The translations under genes were made by a program, and so were the position numbers. Of a DNA stretch of 32,000 bases, positions 7,366 through 16,479 are shown piece after piece. Numbering within the stretch: position 1 is the first letter of the stretch; every line of letters starts with the position of its first letter. The notes beneath the pieces are model-generated. The model worked only from the letters and a program-made list of their open reading frames with translations. It searched no databases and was not told the DNA's origin. The stretch comes from Mucisphaera calidilacus (GTDB lineage Bacteria > Planctomycetota > Phycisphaerae > Phycisphaerales > Phycisphaeraceae). The stretch spans positions 90,001-122,000 of the forward strand of contig NZ_CP036280.1 in the NCBI RefSeq assembly GCF_007748075.1. The letters are read 5' to 3'.

Positions 7366-10092
7366 TCAGGGGGCGGGCGTGAAGCCGGTGCCGTCGAGGG
7401 TGCCCTCCGGCTCGTCGAAGTCGATGCCGCCGTTGACCGTCGTTGCGCCGTTGCTGACCGAGGGCGTGGCGTTCTCGAGTTCGGTGTTGACGAAGGTGTT
7501 GCCGGTGCCGCTCAGGTCGACGGTGTTGCCGCTGGCGGTGTCGTAGAAGATGAAGTCGTTGTTGTCGTCGCGGTTGGTGCGGAAGATCGTGTTGTCGAAG
7601 CTGACGGTGGCGTTGCCGACGCTCAGGTGCGTGCCGTTGCCGGGCAGGTCGGCGGCCTCGAAGTTGTCGGCGAGGTCGAAGGTGAAGTTGGTGAAGGTGA
7701 TCGGCGTGACGTTGCCCGAGTCGGTGACGCGGACCATCGAGCCGGCGAGCTGGCCGAGGGTGCGGATGACCGAGCGGTCGTCGGGGTCGGTGGCGCCGGT
7801 GAAGGTCAGGTTCTCGGAGCCGTTGCGGATGACGATCACGCCGTCGAAGCTGTCGGGCGTGTTATTGATGGAGGTCACGCGGACGCCGTCGAAGTCGAGA
7901 TTGGCGAAGGTCGAGTCGTCGACGTTATCGAGGTCGAATATCTCGCCCAACGCATAATCGTTGGTGTCGTTGTCCGGGTCGGGGTCCGCGACCGATGCGC
8001 CGCCGACGAATCCGGTGGCGTAGAACTGATCGACGGTGAGGTCGGTGACGTTGGTGGCCTGGAGCAGGCGGTTGGCGGTGACGGGGGTGGCGGGCGGGGC
8101 ACCGTCTTCCGCGACAAAGTCGAGCAGGGCGCTGTTGGTCAGGGTGATGTCGGAGACGCCGGTCAGTTGGATGGCTGTGTCCGAGTCTGCTCCGCCACGG
8201 GTCCTGAGGCTGTCCACGGTGATGTCGCTGCTGCCGTTGGTGATCTCGAGGCCGTTATTGGCGAAATCGTAGATCAGCGGGTTGGTGAGCGTGACGCCGG
8301 AGGCGTTGTCGATCAGCACGGCCGCGGCGGCGTTGCCCGGACCGACGGTGATCAGGTCATCGATGTTGATGTTGCTGCTGGCGTTGGTGACGGCGACGGC
8401 GGAGCTGTCGAAGGTACGGATGACGGCTCCGTCCACGGTGACGTCGGAGGCGTTGTCGATGCTCAGCCCGACCGTGCTGCCGGTAGTGCCGTTGAGATCG
8501 AGCCGGTTGATCGTGACGGCCGAGGCCTGGTTCTCGATCACGATGCCTTGGTTGGGGAGCGAGCGGAGGTCGAGGTTCTCAAGCAGCACGTCCGACGTGG
8601 TGTTGCCGGTGATCCGGATGCCCGCGATCGTGCCGGAGCCGGCCTCGTCCTGCACGCCGAACGCGATGATGCTCACGCCGGTCGAGCCGTTGATGATCTG
8701 GACGCCATCCCCGGAGGGCCCGAAGATGGTCGTGTCAAACACACTGACGTTGTCGGCGTCGTCGATCACGATGCCGCTGCTGCCCTCGACCAGATACATT
8801 CTCTGGATCTCGGTGTCGTCGTTGGCGTTGATGATGTCGGTGAAGATGTCGTTTTGGCGGACGACACCCCGGAAAGCGGGGACGAAGTAAGTCACCGGGT
8901 TGTTGCCCGAGGCGTCGGTGATCTGTATGGCCGACCCGCCGCCGAGCAAGCTCTGTCCGGGGTTGAGGTTGAGCGACTGACCCGGCGCGAGTTCGTAGGG
9001 AATTAGTTGGTTCGCATCATTCCGACGACCCGCGAGGATGACGATCTCAGCGCCGGAGTCGATGGAGGCGACGAGGTCGCCGGAGGGATTCTGGAGCGTG
9101 CCGGTGCCGGTGGCGGCGGTGCCGCCATCACGGACGACGTCGATGGTGCCGAAGGGCGTGCCGCCGGTGCCGGGGATGGTCGCGGGCTCGGAGCTGACGA
9201 CCGCGGCGCGGGCGCCGGTGACGATGTCGATGTCGCGTTCGACGCGTCGGACCATGCGGTCGGGCTGCCAGTCGGGCAGGGGGGTGGTGACGCCGCCGGG
9301 CCTGCCGCCGAAGCCGAGCGGGAAGCGGATTCCGATGGTGAAGTAGGTGCGGCTGCCGCGGACGTCGTCCTCGGCCCAACGGACGCCTGTCGAGAGGGTC
9401 GAGTTGGGGAGGATGGCGTCGGTGTCGATGTTCCACTGGGCGCGGACCTGCGGCCCCGCGACGGTCTCGAAGCCCGAGTCGTCGAAGCGGAAATAGCCGG
9501 CGTAGATCCAGGCGTCGATCTCGCGGACGGGCGAGCGGACGCCGGCCTCGAGGTCGAAACCGGGGAGCGGTTTTTCGACCTGCTGGTTGGTGTTGTAGCT
9601 GAGCGTGCCGCCGAGGAGTTGGCCGCTGGCGAACGAGGGGCCGAAGCCTTTTTCGTCGTCCTCGGGCAGGTAGAGGTTACCGCGGAACTCGAAGTGCTCG
9701 AGCAGGGCCTCGGCGCCGAAGGTCAGCTGGTTGAAGCCGTTGTCGTTCCCGGAGATCAGGTGGTCGAAGTAGCCGTAGCCGCCGAGGATCACCTTGTCGC
9801 CCAGGAGTCGGCGATAGCCGACGCCGAGGTTGTATTCCTGCGAAGCGTCGTCGTCGTAGCGGAAGCGGAAGTCGGCGAAGACCAGCTGATCGCGCAGCTG
9901 GGTGAGCGGGACGAACAGGTCGCCCTGGCCGATATTGCGGCCGGTGCTGAATCGCCCCTCGATGTCGAGGATGAGGTCCCAGTAGAGCCGGTCGCTGACA
10001 ACCTGATCGTCCTGGGCGAGGGCCGGGCTGACCAGCGAGGTGGCGAGTCCGAGGCTCGCGAGACAGACGGCCATCGACCCGATTTGACGCAT
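7366..10092 (-). CDS. Inverse-autotransporter-like outer-membrane protein (N-terminal intimin/invasin-type beta-barrel, C-terminal parallel-beta-helix-like passenger)
   Basis: 908-aa ORF with a signal peptide MRQIGSMAVCLASLGLATSLVSPALA|QDD. Residues ~35-292 (nt ~9217-9990) read like the intimin/invasin beta-domain: LFVPLTQ..LVFADFRFRYDD..YNLGVGYRRLLGDKVILGGYGYFDH..NQLTFGAEALLEHFEFRGNLYLP, PLPGFDLEAGV, then a linker MVRRVERDIDIV comparable to the LVQRNNNIILEY-type plug helix. The remaining ~600 aa are Asn/Thr/Asp/Gly/Ser-rich short repeats (ASDVTVDGAVIRTF, NASSNINIDDLITV, NASGVTLTNPLIYDF, NGSSDITVDSLRT, VSDITLTNSALLDF) typical of PbH1/pectate-lyase-type beta-helices. Confidence 0.7.
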   Translation of the reverse strand: MRQIGSMAVCLASLGLATSLVSPALAQDDQVVSDRLYWDLILDIEGRFSTGRNIGQGDLFVPLTQLRDQLVFADFRFRYDDDASQEYNLGVGYRRLLGDKVILGGYGYFDHLISGNDNGFNQLTFGAEALLEHFEFRGNLYLPEDDEKGFGPSFASGQLLGGTLSYNTNQQVEKPLPGFDLEAGVRSPVREIDAWIYAGYFRFDDSGFETVAGPQVRAQWNIDTDAILPNSTLSTGVRWAEDDVRGSRTYFTIGIRFPLGFGGRPGGVTTPLPDWQPDRMVRRVERDIDIVTGARAAVVSSEPATIPGTGGTPFGTIDVVRDGGTAATGTGTLQNPSGDLVASIDSGAEIVILAGRRNDANQLIPYELAPGQSLNLNPGQSLLGGGSAIQITDASGNNPVTYFVPAFRGVVRQNDIFTDIINANDDTEIQRMYLVEGSSGIVIDDADNVSVFDTTIFGPSGDGVQIINGSTGVSIIAFGVQDEAGSGTIAGIRITGNTTSDVLLENLDLRSLPNQGIVIENQASAVTINRLDLNGTTGSTVGLSIDNASDVTVDGAVIRTFDSSAVAVTNASSNINIDDLITVGPGNAAAAVLIDNASGVTLTNPLIYDFANNGLEITNGSSDITVDSLRTRGGADSDTAIQLTGVSDITLTNSALLDFVAEDGAPPATPVTANRLLQATNVTDLTVDQFYATGFVGGASVADPDPDNDTNDYALGEIFDLDNVDDSTFANLDFDGVRVTSINNTPDSFDGVIVIRNGSENLTFTGATDPDDRSVIRTLGQLAGSMVRVTDSGNVTPITFTNFTFDLADNFEAADLPGNGTHLSVGNATVSFDNTIFRTNRDDNNDFIFYDTASGNTVDLSGTGNTFVNTELENATPSVSNGATTVNGGIDFDEPEGTLDGTGFTPAP

Positions 10093-10304
10093 AAGTCCTG
10101 CACTCCGGAGCCGCGGGTTCGTCTCGCAGCGTGGTTATCGAAACTATCAGACCCCCGAGAGGGGGTCAAAGAATCAGGGATTACCCTGACTCATGTTTCA
10201 CCGCCAAATCGTTCAAATTGCGCCAAACGTCGTTCATTGGGCATGGCTATGGGTCGATATCCCCACTAGGGACATGACCGTCCCTAATTATGAGGAGCTA
10301 GGCG

Positions 10305-12449
10305 ATGCGACTTGCACAGCGTTTCGGATTACTCATCGGATTGGCGACCGGTTTTTCAGTGTTGAGTCTGGTCGTTTTCACCGGCCTGCTGTTCTACAAC
10401 CTGACCGGATCGATTACGTCTGCGATCGAAGAGGACGGCCAGAGCAGCCTGACCGCGGTGATCGAGACGATGGGAACGGTCTGCTCGACGCAGGACGAAC
10501 TGCTGCGCGTGAAGATCAACAACGACCTGAACGTCGCTCGTGACCGCATGGTCTCGGCGGGCGGCGCGTCGCTATCGGACCAGACCGAGACGTGGGACAT
10601 CGTGAATCAGTTCACGAAGGCCGGGTCGACGGTCGAACTGCCCAGGCTCAGCGTCGGCGACACCTGGCTGGGCAAGATCAGCTCGCTGGAGGCGTCGGCC
10701 CCGCTCGTGGACGAGGTCAAGGCACTCGTGGGCGGCACCTGCACGGTCTTCCAACGCGTCAACGAGGCGGGCGACATGCTCCGTGTCGCCACGAACGTCG
10801 CCAAACTCGACGGCACCCGCGCCATCGGCACCTACATCCCCGCGACCAATCCCGACGGCAAGCCCAACGGCGTGGTCGCGACGCTGCTCAGCGGCGAGAC
10901 CTTCCGCGGGCGGGCTTATGTCGTCAACGACTGGTACCTCACCGCCTACGAGCCGATCAAGGACGCGACCGGCGAGGTCGTCGGTGCCCTTTACGTCGGC
11001 GACAAGATCGAGAGCATCAACAGCATCCGCAACGCCATCGCGTCTTCGGTCGTCGGCCGGACGGGTGAGTCGTTCGTGGTGCTTGGCGACAAGTTCCTGA
11101 TCGCGCCGAGCTGGTCGTCCGACGGCAGCGACGCGGCCTCGGTGCTAGATGACCGTGGCGAGTCGCGCTACCAGGGCCTGCTCGAGACCGTCCGCGGCGA
11201 GGGCGGTGTTCAGATCGCCAAGGTCTACGACGAGCAGGGCAGCCCACGTCTGGTCGCGGCGATGCACTACGAGCCTTGGGACTGGGTGATCTTCTGCGAA
11301 CTTCCCGAGCAGGACATCATGGGCGCGGTGGCGTCGGTGGAATCGGCCGCGTCCGGCCTGGCCTTCTGGCTGCCGGTCATCGGCGTGAGCGTGGTGGTGA
11401 TCGCGGTGTTGATCGGCTACCTGTTCGCGGCCCGCTTCGCCCGGCCGGTGCAGCAGGTGGCCGCGACTCTCGCCGAGATCGCCGAGGGCGAGGGCGACCT
11501 GACCCGCCGTCTGCCCGTGGTCGGCGGCCCGGAAGAACGAGCGCTCGCCGGTGCTTTCAATAATTTCGCCAGCACGGTGCACGACATCCTCGTCGAGGTG
11601 CGTGGTCTGAGCGCGACGGTCGCGGGCGGCACCGCAGAGATCTCGTCAACGTCGAAGCAACTCGTTGACGACATGACCGAGCAGAGCAGGCTGATCGAGA
11701 GCACGTCGGCGGCGGTCGAGGAGCTGTCGCAGAGCGCCGACTCGGTCGCCGAACGCACCGAGCAGGCCGCATCGCTGGCCACCGAGGCGGGCGACGTCGC
11801 CCACGGCAGCGGCGAGACGCTCGGCAAGACCATCCGCAATCTCGAGACGATCCGTGACAGCGTGACCGCCGCGGCCGACGCCGTCGGCCTGCTGGGCCAA
11901 CGCGGCGCGCAGATCGGCGAGATCATCCAGGTCATCAACGACATCGCCGACCAGACCAACCTGCTCGCCCTCAACGCGGCCATCGAAGCGGCCCGGGCCG
12001 GCGAGCACGGGCGCGGCTTCGCGGTTGTGGCCGACGAGGTCCGCAAGCTCGCCGACCGGACGACCAAAGCGACCTCCCAGATCACCGAGTCCATCGAGGG
12101 CATGCAGTCCGAGACCGACACGTCGGTCGAGAAGATCAACCTCGGCAGCGAGCAGGCCAACGAGGGCGCCCGCGAGGCCGATCAGGCCCGAGGATCGCTC
12201 GAGAAGATTGTCGAATCGGCGTCGAGTGTCGGCACGCTGGTGACCGACATCGCGGCGGCGGCGAGCGAGCAGTCGCAGGCCTCTCGTGAGATCAGTTCGA
12301 GCGTCGAGACGATCTCGCGCACCTCCGTTCAGGCCCGGGAGTTCTCCGAGACGGTCTCGAATACCTCGGGTCACCTGGCCCAGAACGCCGAGACCCTGAG
12401 CACGCTGGTCGCCCGCTTCAAGCTCGACGAGCGCAAGCGCTCCGGCTGA
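10305..12449 (+). CDS. Methyl-accepting chemotaxis protein with periplasmic Cache-type (Cache_3-Cache_2-like) sensor, HAMP and MA domains
   Basis: 714-aa ORF with GAGGAG 8 nt upstream of the ATG. TM1 is [23 protein letters not shown]. The ~300-aa sensor contains [20 protein letters not shown]...[10 protein letters not shown]...[38 protein letters not shown]2 is followed by a HAMP domain ([23 protein letters not shown]). The signalling hairpin is canonical: [38 protein letters not shown]. Confidence 0.9.
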   Translation: MRLAQRFGLLIGLATGFSVLSLVVFTGLLFYNLTGSITSAIEEDGQSSLTAVIETMGTVCSTQDELLRVKINNDLNVARDRMVSAGGASLSDQTETWDIVNQFTKAGSTVELPRLSVGDTWLGKISSLEASAPLVDEVKALVGGTCTVFQRVNEAGDMLRVATNVAKLDGTRAIGTYIPATNPDGKPNGVVATLLSGETFRGRAYVVNDWYLTAYEPIKDATGEVVGALYVGDKIESINSIRNAIASSVVGRTGESFVVLGDKFLIAPSWSSDGSDAASVLDDRGESRYQGLLETVRGEGGVQIAKVYDEQGSPRLVAAMHYEPWDWVIFCELPEQDIMGAVASVESAASGLAFWLPVIGVSVVVIAVLIGYLFAARFARPVQQVAATLAEIAEGEGDLTRRLPVVGGPEERALAGAFNNFASTVHDILVEVRGLSATVAGGTAEISSTSKQLVDDMTEQSRLIESTSAAVEELSQSADSVAERTEQAASLATEAGDVAHGSGETLGKTIRNLETIRDSVTAAADAVGLLGQRGAQIGEIIQVINDIADQTNLLALNAAIEAARAGEHGRGFAVVADEVRKLADRTTKATSQITESIEGMQSETDTSVEKINLGSEQANEGAREADQARGSLEKIVESASSVGTLVTDIAAAASEQSQASREISSSVETISRTSVQAREFSETVSNTSGHLAQNAETLSTLVARFKLDERKRSG

Positions 12450-12477
12450 CCCTCAGCTACCTGACGACCTCTCCAGC

Positions 12478-12514
12478 CCCCCGGTCTCCCACGCGGAACC
12501 GGGGGCTTTTTGTT
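12478..12514 (+). terminator. Rho-independent terminator downstream of the chemoreceptor gene (shared hairpin between convergent genes)
   Basis: CCCCCGGT (12478-12485) pairs with ACCGGGGG (12498-12505) across a 12-nt loop and is followed by CTTTTTGTT. It sits 29 nt after the MCP stop. On the minus strand the same hairpin follows the ketosynthase stop but lacks a U-tract. Confidence 0.6.
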
Positions 12515-12520
12515 GGGCAG

Positions 12521-13822
12521 TTACGAGGCGTAGCGGCGGATGATGAGCGTGTCGTTCTGCCCGCCGAAGCCGAAGGAGTTGCTCAGGCAGATGTTGACGT
12601 CGGTCCTGCGTGCCTCGTTGGGGACGTAGTCGAGGTCGCACTCGGGGTCGGGGTTGTGGAGGTTGATGGTGGGGGGCAGGACCTGGTCGCGGAGGGCGAG
12701 GACGCAGACGATGGCCTCGGTGGAGCCGGCGGCGGCGATGAGGTGGCCGAGCATGCTCTTGATGGAGCTGATGGGCACGTCCGGAGCGCGGTCGCCGAAC
12801 ACGGCCTTGACCGCCTTCGACTCGATGACGTCGTTCTCCTTGGTCGAGGTGCCGTGGGCCGAGATGTAGTCGATCTGATCGGTGGTGACGCCCGCGTTGC
12901 GCAGGGCGAGGCGCATGGCCTGCGCGGCGCCACGCCCGTCGGGATGAATGTCGGTGATGCGGTAGGCGTCGGCGGTGGAGCCGTAGCCGGCGATCTCGGC
13001 GAGGATCTCGGCGCCGCGTGCCCGGGCGTGTTCCTCGGTTTCGAGGATGAGGATGCCGCTGCCCTCGCCGATGACAAAGCCGTCGCGGTCACGGGAGAAG
13101 GGTCGCGATGCGGTGGCGGGGTCGTCGTTGCGGTTGGAGAGGGCGGTGAGCCGGTTGAAGCCCGTGACGCCGAGCGGGTGGATCATGGTGTGTGCGCCGC
13201 CGGTGATCATCACGTCGGCGTCGCCATGGCGGAGGATGTGCATCGCCTCGCCGATCGCCTGGGTCGATGCGGCGCAGGCGGTCAGGCAGTTGTAGGCCGG
13301 CCCGCGGGCGTCGAACTCCATGGCGAGGTGGGCGAGCGGCATGTTGGGCTCCTGCTCGATCTCGCCGTCGGGCGTGAGCAGCCTGCGTGCCGCCTCGATC
13401 CACTTGACGCCGTCCACCGCGCTCGCGTCGGCCTGCCAGCCGGCGAGGTTGGCCTCGACGTAGTGGTCGAAGTCGATCAGCCCCTCGCCCGAGCCGAGGT
13501 AGATGCCCAGGCGGTCGTGATCGAGTTTGCCCTGCTCGTCGTAGGCGTCGAGCTTCGCCGATCGCCAGGCCATGGTCGCGGCGCCGAGCGCGTAGCCCAC
13601 GTTACGTCCGGTGTTGGCGTGTGCCTCGGGGTGCTTGACGAACTCGTTGTGGTCGAAGTCGGTGACCTCCGCGGCGATGGAGGTGGGGTAGGTGGAGGCG
13701 TCAAACTGCTGGATGGGCCCGATGCCGCAGTCGCCCTGAATAAGGCGTTGCCAGACGCGCTCGATGTCGTGCCCGAGCGGCGTGACCCATCCGATGCCTG
13801 TAACGACGATCTTGTCGGCCAT
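12521..13822 (-). CDS. Beta-ketoacyl-ACP synthase (KAS II/FabF-like, catalytically complete)
   Basis: 433-aa ORF. Cys-His-His triad present: GPAYNCLTACAASTQAIGEA (Cys183, codon 13274-13276), ISAHGTSTKEND (His323), KSMLGHLIAAAG (His360), and the C-terminal NSFGFGGQN. It carries an extra ~30-aa segment (LIDFDHYVEANLAGWQADASAVDGVKWIEAARRLL) relative to what I recall of housekeeping FabF. Confidence 0.85.
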   Translation of the reverse strand: MADKIVVTGIGWVTPLGHDIERVWQRLIQGDCGIGPIQQFDASTYPTSIAAEVTDFDHNEFVKHPEAHANTGRNVGYALGAATMAWRSAKLDAYDEQGKLDHDRLGIYLGSGEGLIDFDHYVEANLAGWQADASAVDGVKWIEAARRLLTPDGEIEQEPNMPLAHLAMEFDARGPAYNCLTACAASTQAIGEAMHILRHGDADVMITGGAHTMIHPLGVTGFNRLTALSNRNDDPATASRPFSRDRDGFVIGEGSGILILETEEHARARGAEILAEIAGYGSTADAYRITDIHPDGRGAAQAMRLALRNAGVTTDQIDYISAHGTSTKENDVIESKAVKAVFGDRAPDVPISSIKSMLGHLIAAAGSTEAIVCVLALRDQVLPPTINLHNPDPECDLDYVPNEARRTDVNICLSNSFGFGGQNDTLIIRRYAS

Positions 13823-13843
13823 GGAGTTGCGTTCCGGTGGAGT

Positions 13844-15163
13844 TCAGGAGGCTTGACTGAGGACGATCGCGGCGTTCTGGCCGCCGACGCTCGACCCGCA
13901 CACGAGCGCGTGGCGGAGCGGCGTTTCCCGGGCCGGCGCGTTGCCTGAGATGCCCGGGAGGGGGTTGTTGCGGTTGACGATGGCGGGCACCTTCTGGTGC
14001 GCGAGCGCCACGGCGGCGATGGCGAGGTCGATGGCCCCGCTGCCGGCGAAGCACTCGCCCAGCAGCGCCTTGTGGCCGAGCACCGGCAGCCGCGCGAGAC
14101 GATCGCCAAAGACACGCCGAAGGGCCTCGGCCTCGGCCTGATCGAAAGCGGGCGTGCCGCAGGCACCGGGGACGATCAGGTCGATGTCATCCGCCACCAG
14201 GCCGGCGTCGGCGAGCGCGCGTTCGATGGCTCGCCGGTTGGCGCTGCCCCCGGGGTGCGGCTCGCGGTTGTGCTTGGCAGGATGCACCGTCTGCGAGGCG
14301 GCGAACCCGGTGATCCGCGCGTAGGCCGGTTTGTCGGTGCGCTGTTTGTAGTCGTCCTCGGCTTCGAGGATCAGGATCGCCCCGCCCTCGCCGACCACGG
14401 TGCCGGTCGCGTCGCGGTCCATCGGCCGGACGACCTCGTCGGGCGGCGTGCTGGAGGCGTCGGTCGTGAGCCTGAGATATTCCTGCCGGAGCATGCCCAG
14501 CGGGTTCACGCGTGACTCGGCCCCGCCGCAGAAGCACAGGTCGGCGTCGTCACGCTGGATCACCCTCAGCGACTCGCCCACGCTCAGCAGGCCGCTGGCC
14601 TGCGAGCAGGTGATGGTGTTCGACGGCCCGTGGGTGTCGTGGATGATCGTGACGTGGCAGGCGAGCATGTTGGGCAGGTACTTGAGCAGCCAGAGCGGGG
14701 TCAGCCGCTGCATCCCCTCGCGGCCCCACTGGTGCATGTCGAAGGTGCCCCCGTCGTCCACCGACTCGGCCATGGCCATGGTCAGCTCGTTGACGTCGGC
14801 GGCGATCAGGCCGGCGCCGATGTGCGCACCCATCCGGGCCGAGGCGTAGGAGCGCTCGTCCCCCTCGGCGGTGCCCTTGGTCTGGAGCCCCGCGTCGCGG
14901 GCGGCCAGGTCGGCGCAGGCGACGGCGAACTCGATGTCCCGTGCCATGACCTTGGTGGCCTTGCGGTAGGTCTTGGGCACAAAGTTGCGGACGCTGAAGT
15001 CGCTGACCTCCGCGCCGTAGGGGCACTTGAAGTCGGAGGCGTCGAAGGCGGAGACGGGCGCGATCGCCGAGGCCCCGGCGCAGGCCTGCTCCCAGAGTGC
15101 GTCGATGCCGAGGCCCAGCCCGCAAACCGGGCCGAGTCCGCTGATGACCACGGGTCGTGTCAT
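13844..15163 (-). CDS. Ketosynthase-fold protein lacking the catalytic triad (chain-length-factor / KS-beta-like partner)
   Basis: 439-aa ORF, 21 nt upstream of the KS gene on the same strand. An ungapped alignment is anchored on the shared GP...GE...DAD: GPSNTITCSQASGLLSVGESLRVIQRDDADL versus GPAYNCLTACAASTQAIGEAMHILRHGDADV. This puts Gln188 (codon 14600-14602, CAG) at the nucleophile Cys position. IVPGACGTPAFD versus ISAHGTSTKEND gives His to Gly. KALLGECFAGSG versus KSMLGHLIAAAG gives His to Glu. The C-terminal GSSVGGQN is retained. Confidence 0.75.
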   Translation of the reverse strand: MTRPVVISGLGPVCGLGLGIDALWEQACAGASAIAPVSAFDASDFKCPYGAEVSDFSVRNFVPKTYRKATKVMARDIEFAVACADLAARDAGLQTKGTAEGDERSYASARMGAHIGAGLIAADVNELTMAMAESVDDGGTFDMHQWGREGMQRLTPLWLLKYLPNMLACHVTIIHDTHGPSNTITCSQASGLLSVGESLRVIQRDDADLCFCGGAESRVNPLGMLRQEYLRLTTDASSTPPDEVVRPMDRDATGTVVGEGGAILILEAEDDYKQRTDKPAYARITGFAASQTVHPAKHNREPHPGGSANRRAIERALADAGLVADDIDLIVPGACGTPAFDQAEAEALRRVFGDRLARLPVLGHKALLGECFAGSGAIDLAIAAVALAHQKVPAIVNRNNPLPGISGNAPARETPLRHALVCGSSVGGQNAAIVLSQAS

Positions 15164-15329
15164 CGGATGATCCTGAGGGGAAAAGGAGGGCGGGCCGGCC
15201 CGGGGCCGAACCTGGAGCGCTGATCGAGTCTATCCCGCGCGGGGAGGAAGCTCCACCCGGACACGCCGGCCCGTCGGTGTAGGATGGTGCGTGTAGGTTT
15301 CGCGCCCCGATTCCCGGAAGGAACGCTCC

Positions 15330-16478
15330 ATGCCGCAATCACCTCTTCGCACCCCCTGGGTCTCGGTCCTGACGCTGGCCCTGTCGCTGGGCATCACCGG
15401 CTGCCAGTCGGATTCGGGATCGTCCGACTCGATCGATGCCGCGCCCGCCGAGACGACGGAGGTCGCTGCCACGCAACCCGCCGAACCGTCGCGCGAGCAG
15501 AAGGTCGTCGAGGGCCGGCTGGGCATGCTGATGGAGGAGATCGAGCTGTGCGAGCAGCTCGGCCTGGACCCCGTCGAGATCGCGGCGCTCAACAAGCGTC
15601 CGCTCTACACCTTCAACGAGACCGAGGTGCACCGCTACCTGCAGTTCCTCCACGCGACGCAGCCCGACCTGCGCACCCGCGTCAAGACGCTCGCCCGCAA
15701 GAACCTCGGCCAGCCCTACGAGATCTACCTCCTCGGCGAGGCGCCGTTCGAGACCTACGACCCCCAGCCGCTCTACTGCCTGGACCGCAGCGACTGCGTG
15801 GTCTACGTCGAGCACATGCTCGCCATGGGCCTCGGCAGCGACTGGCCCAAGTTCTTCGGGCTGCTCCAGCGCATCCGGTACAACAGCGGGCAGATCGGCC
15901 TGGCGACCCGCAACCACTACTCCGAGGCCGACTGGGCGCCCAACAACAGCTGGCTCGTGACCGACATCTCCGAGCAGGTAGCGGGCGATGGCGTCGCCAC
16001 CTACCCCATGAAGGTCGACCGCGCGAGAATGCTCAAGCGCGTCGGCGGGCTCGAAGTGGCTATCCCGGTTGAGAGCCGTGTCGAGAGCTACGTGCCCTTC
16101 GAGGAAACCGTGCGTGCGCTGCCCGAGCTCCAGACAGGCGACCTCGCCTTCATCGTGCGCGGCACCGGACCCGAGAGCCTCTGGGTCGGGCACATGACCA
16201 TGGTCATCCGCACCGAGAACGACGCCATCCACCTGATCCACTCCACCCCGCCCGTGGTCAAGGAGGAGCCGATCACCGAGTACATCCGCCGATCGGTCGC
16301 CCAGATCCCCGACCGCGAGGCGGCGGGCAAGTCACGTTTCTACGGCTTCAAGTTCATGCGTCTCAACGAGGACGCGCTGGATCGGCTGGTGGAACTCGAC
16401 GGCCCCGACGCGCCGGTGCTCTCGCTGCCCTCGGGCGCCCGCCTGCAGATGTCCCCGCAGGCGAAGATCGCCCGCTGA
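15330..16478 (+). CDS. Lipoprotein, DUF1460-like (AmiA-like amidase / cysteine-peptidase-like fold)
   Basis: 382-aa ORF with GGAAGGA 7 nt upstream. Lipobox LSLGITGC (Cys25). Motifs resemble DUF1460 as I recall it: LGQPYEIYLLGE, LYCLDRSDCVVYVEHMLAMGL, LLQRIRYNSGQIGLATRNHYSEADW, GDLAFIVRG...LWVGHMTMVI. The family call is made from memory of the profile, not from a search. Confidence 0.6.
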   Translation: MPQSPLRTPWVSVLTLALSLGITGCQSDSGSSDSIDAAPAETTEVAATQPAEPSREQKVVEGRLGMLMEEIELCEQLGLDPVEIAALNKRPLYTFNETEVHRYLQFLHATQPDLRTRVKTLARKNLGQPYEIYLLGEAPFETYDPQPLYCLDRSDCVVYVEHMLAMGLGSDWPKFFGLLQRIRYNSGQIGLATRNHYSEADWAPNNSWLVTDISEQVAGDGVATYPMKVDRARMLKRVGGLEVAIPVESRVESYVPFEETVRALPELQTGDLAFIVRGTGPESLWVGHMTMVIRTENDAIHLIHSTPPVVKEEPITEYIRRSVAQIPDREAAGKSRFYGFKFMRLNEDALDRLVELDGPDAPVLSLPSGARLQMSPQAKIAR

Positions 16479-16479
16479 G

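Noticed and set aside
7627-10269. Plus-strand ORFs of 459 aa (7627..9006) and 420 aa (9007..10269)
   Set aside because: They are antisense shadows of the 908-aa inverse-autotransporter-like gene, with low-complexity G/D/V/A/E translation.
12656-13948. 430-aa plus-strand ORF
   Set aside because: It is antisense to the ketosynthase genes, which carry unambiguous catalytic motifs in the minus frame.
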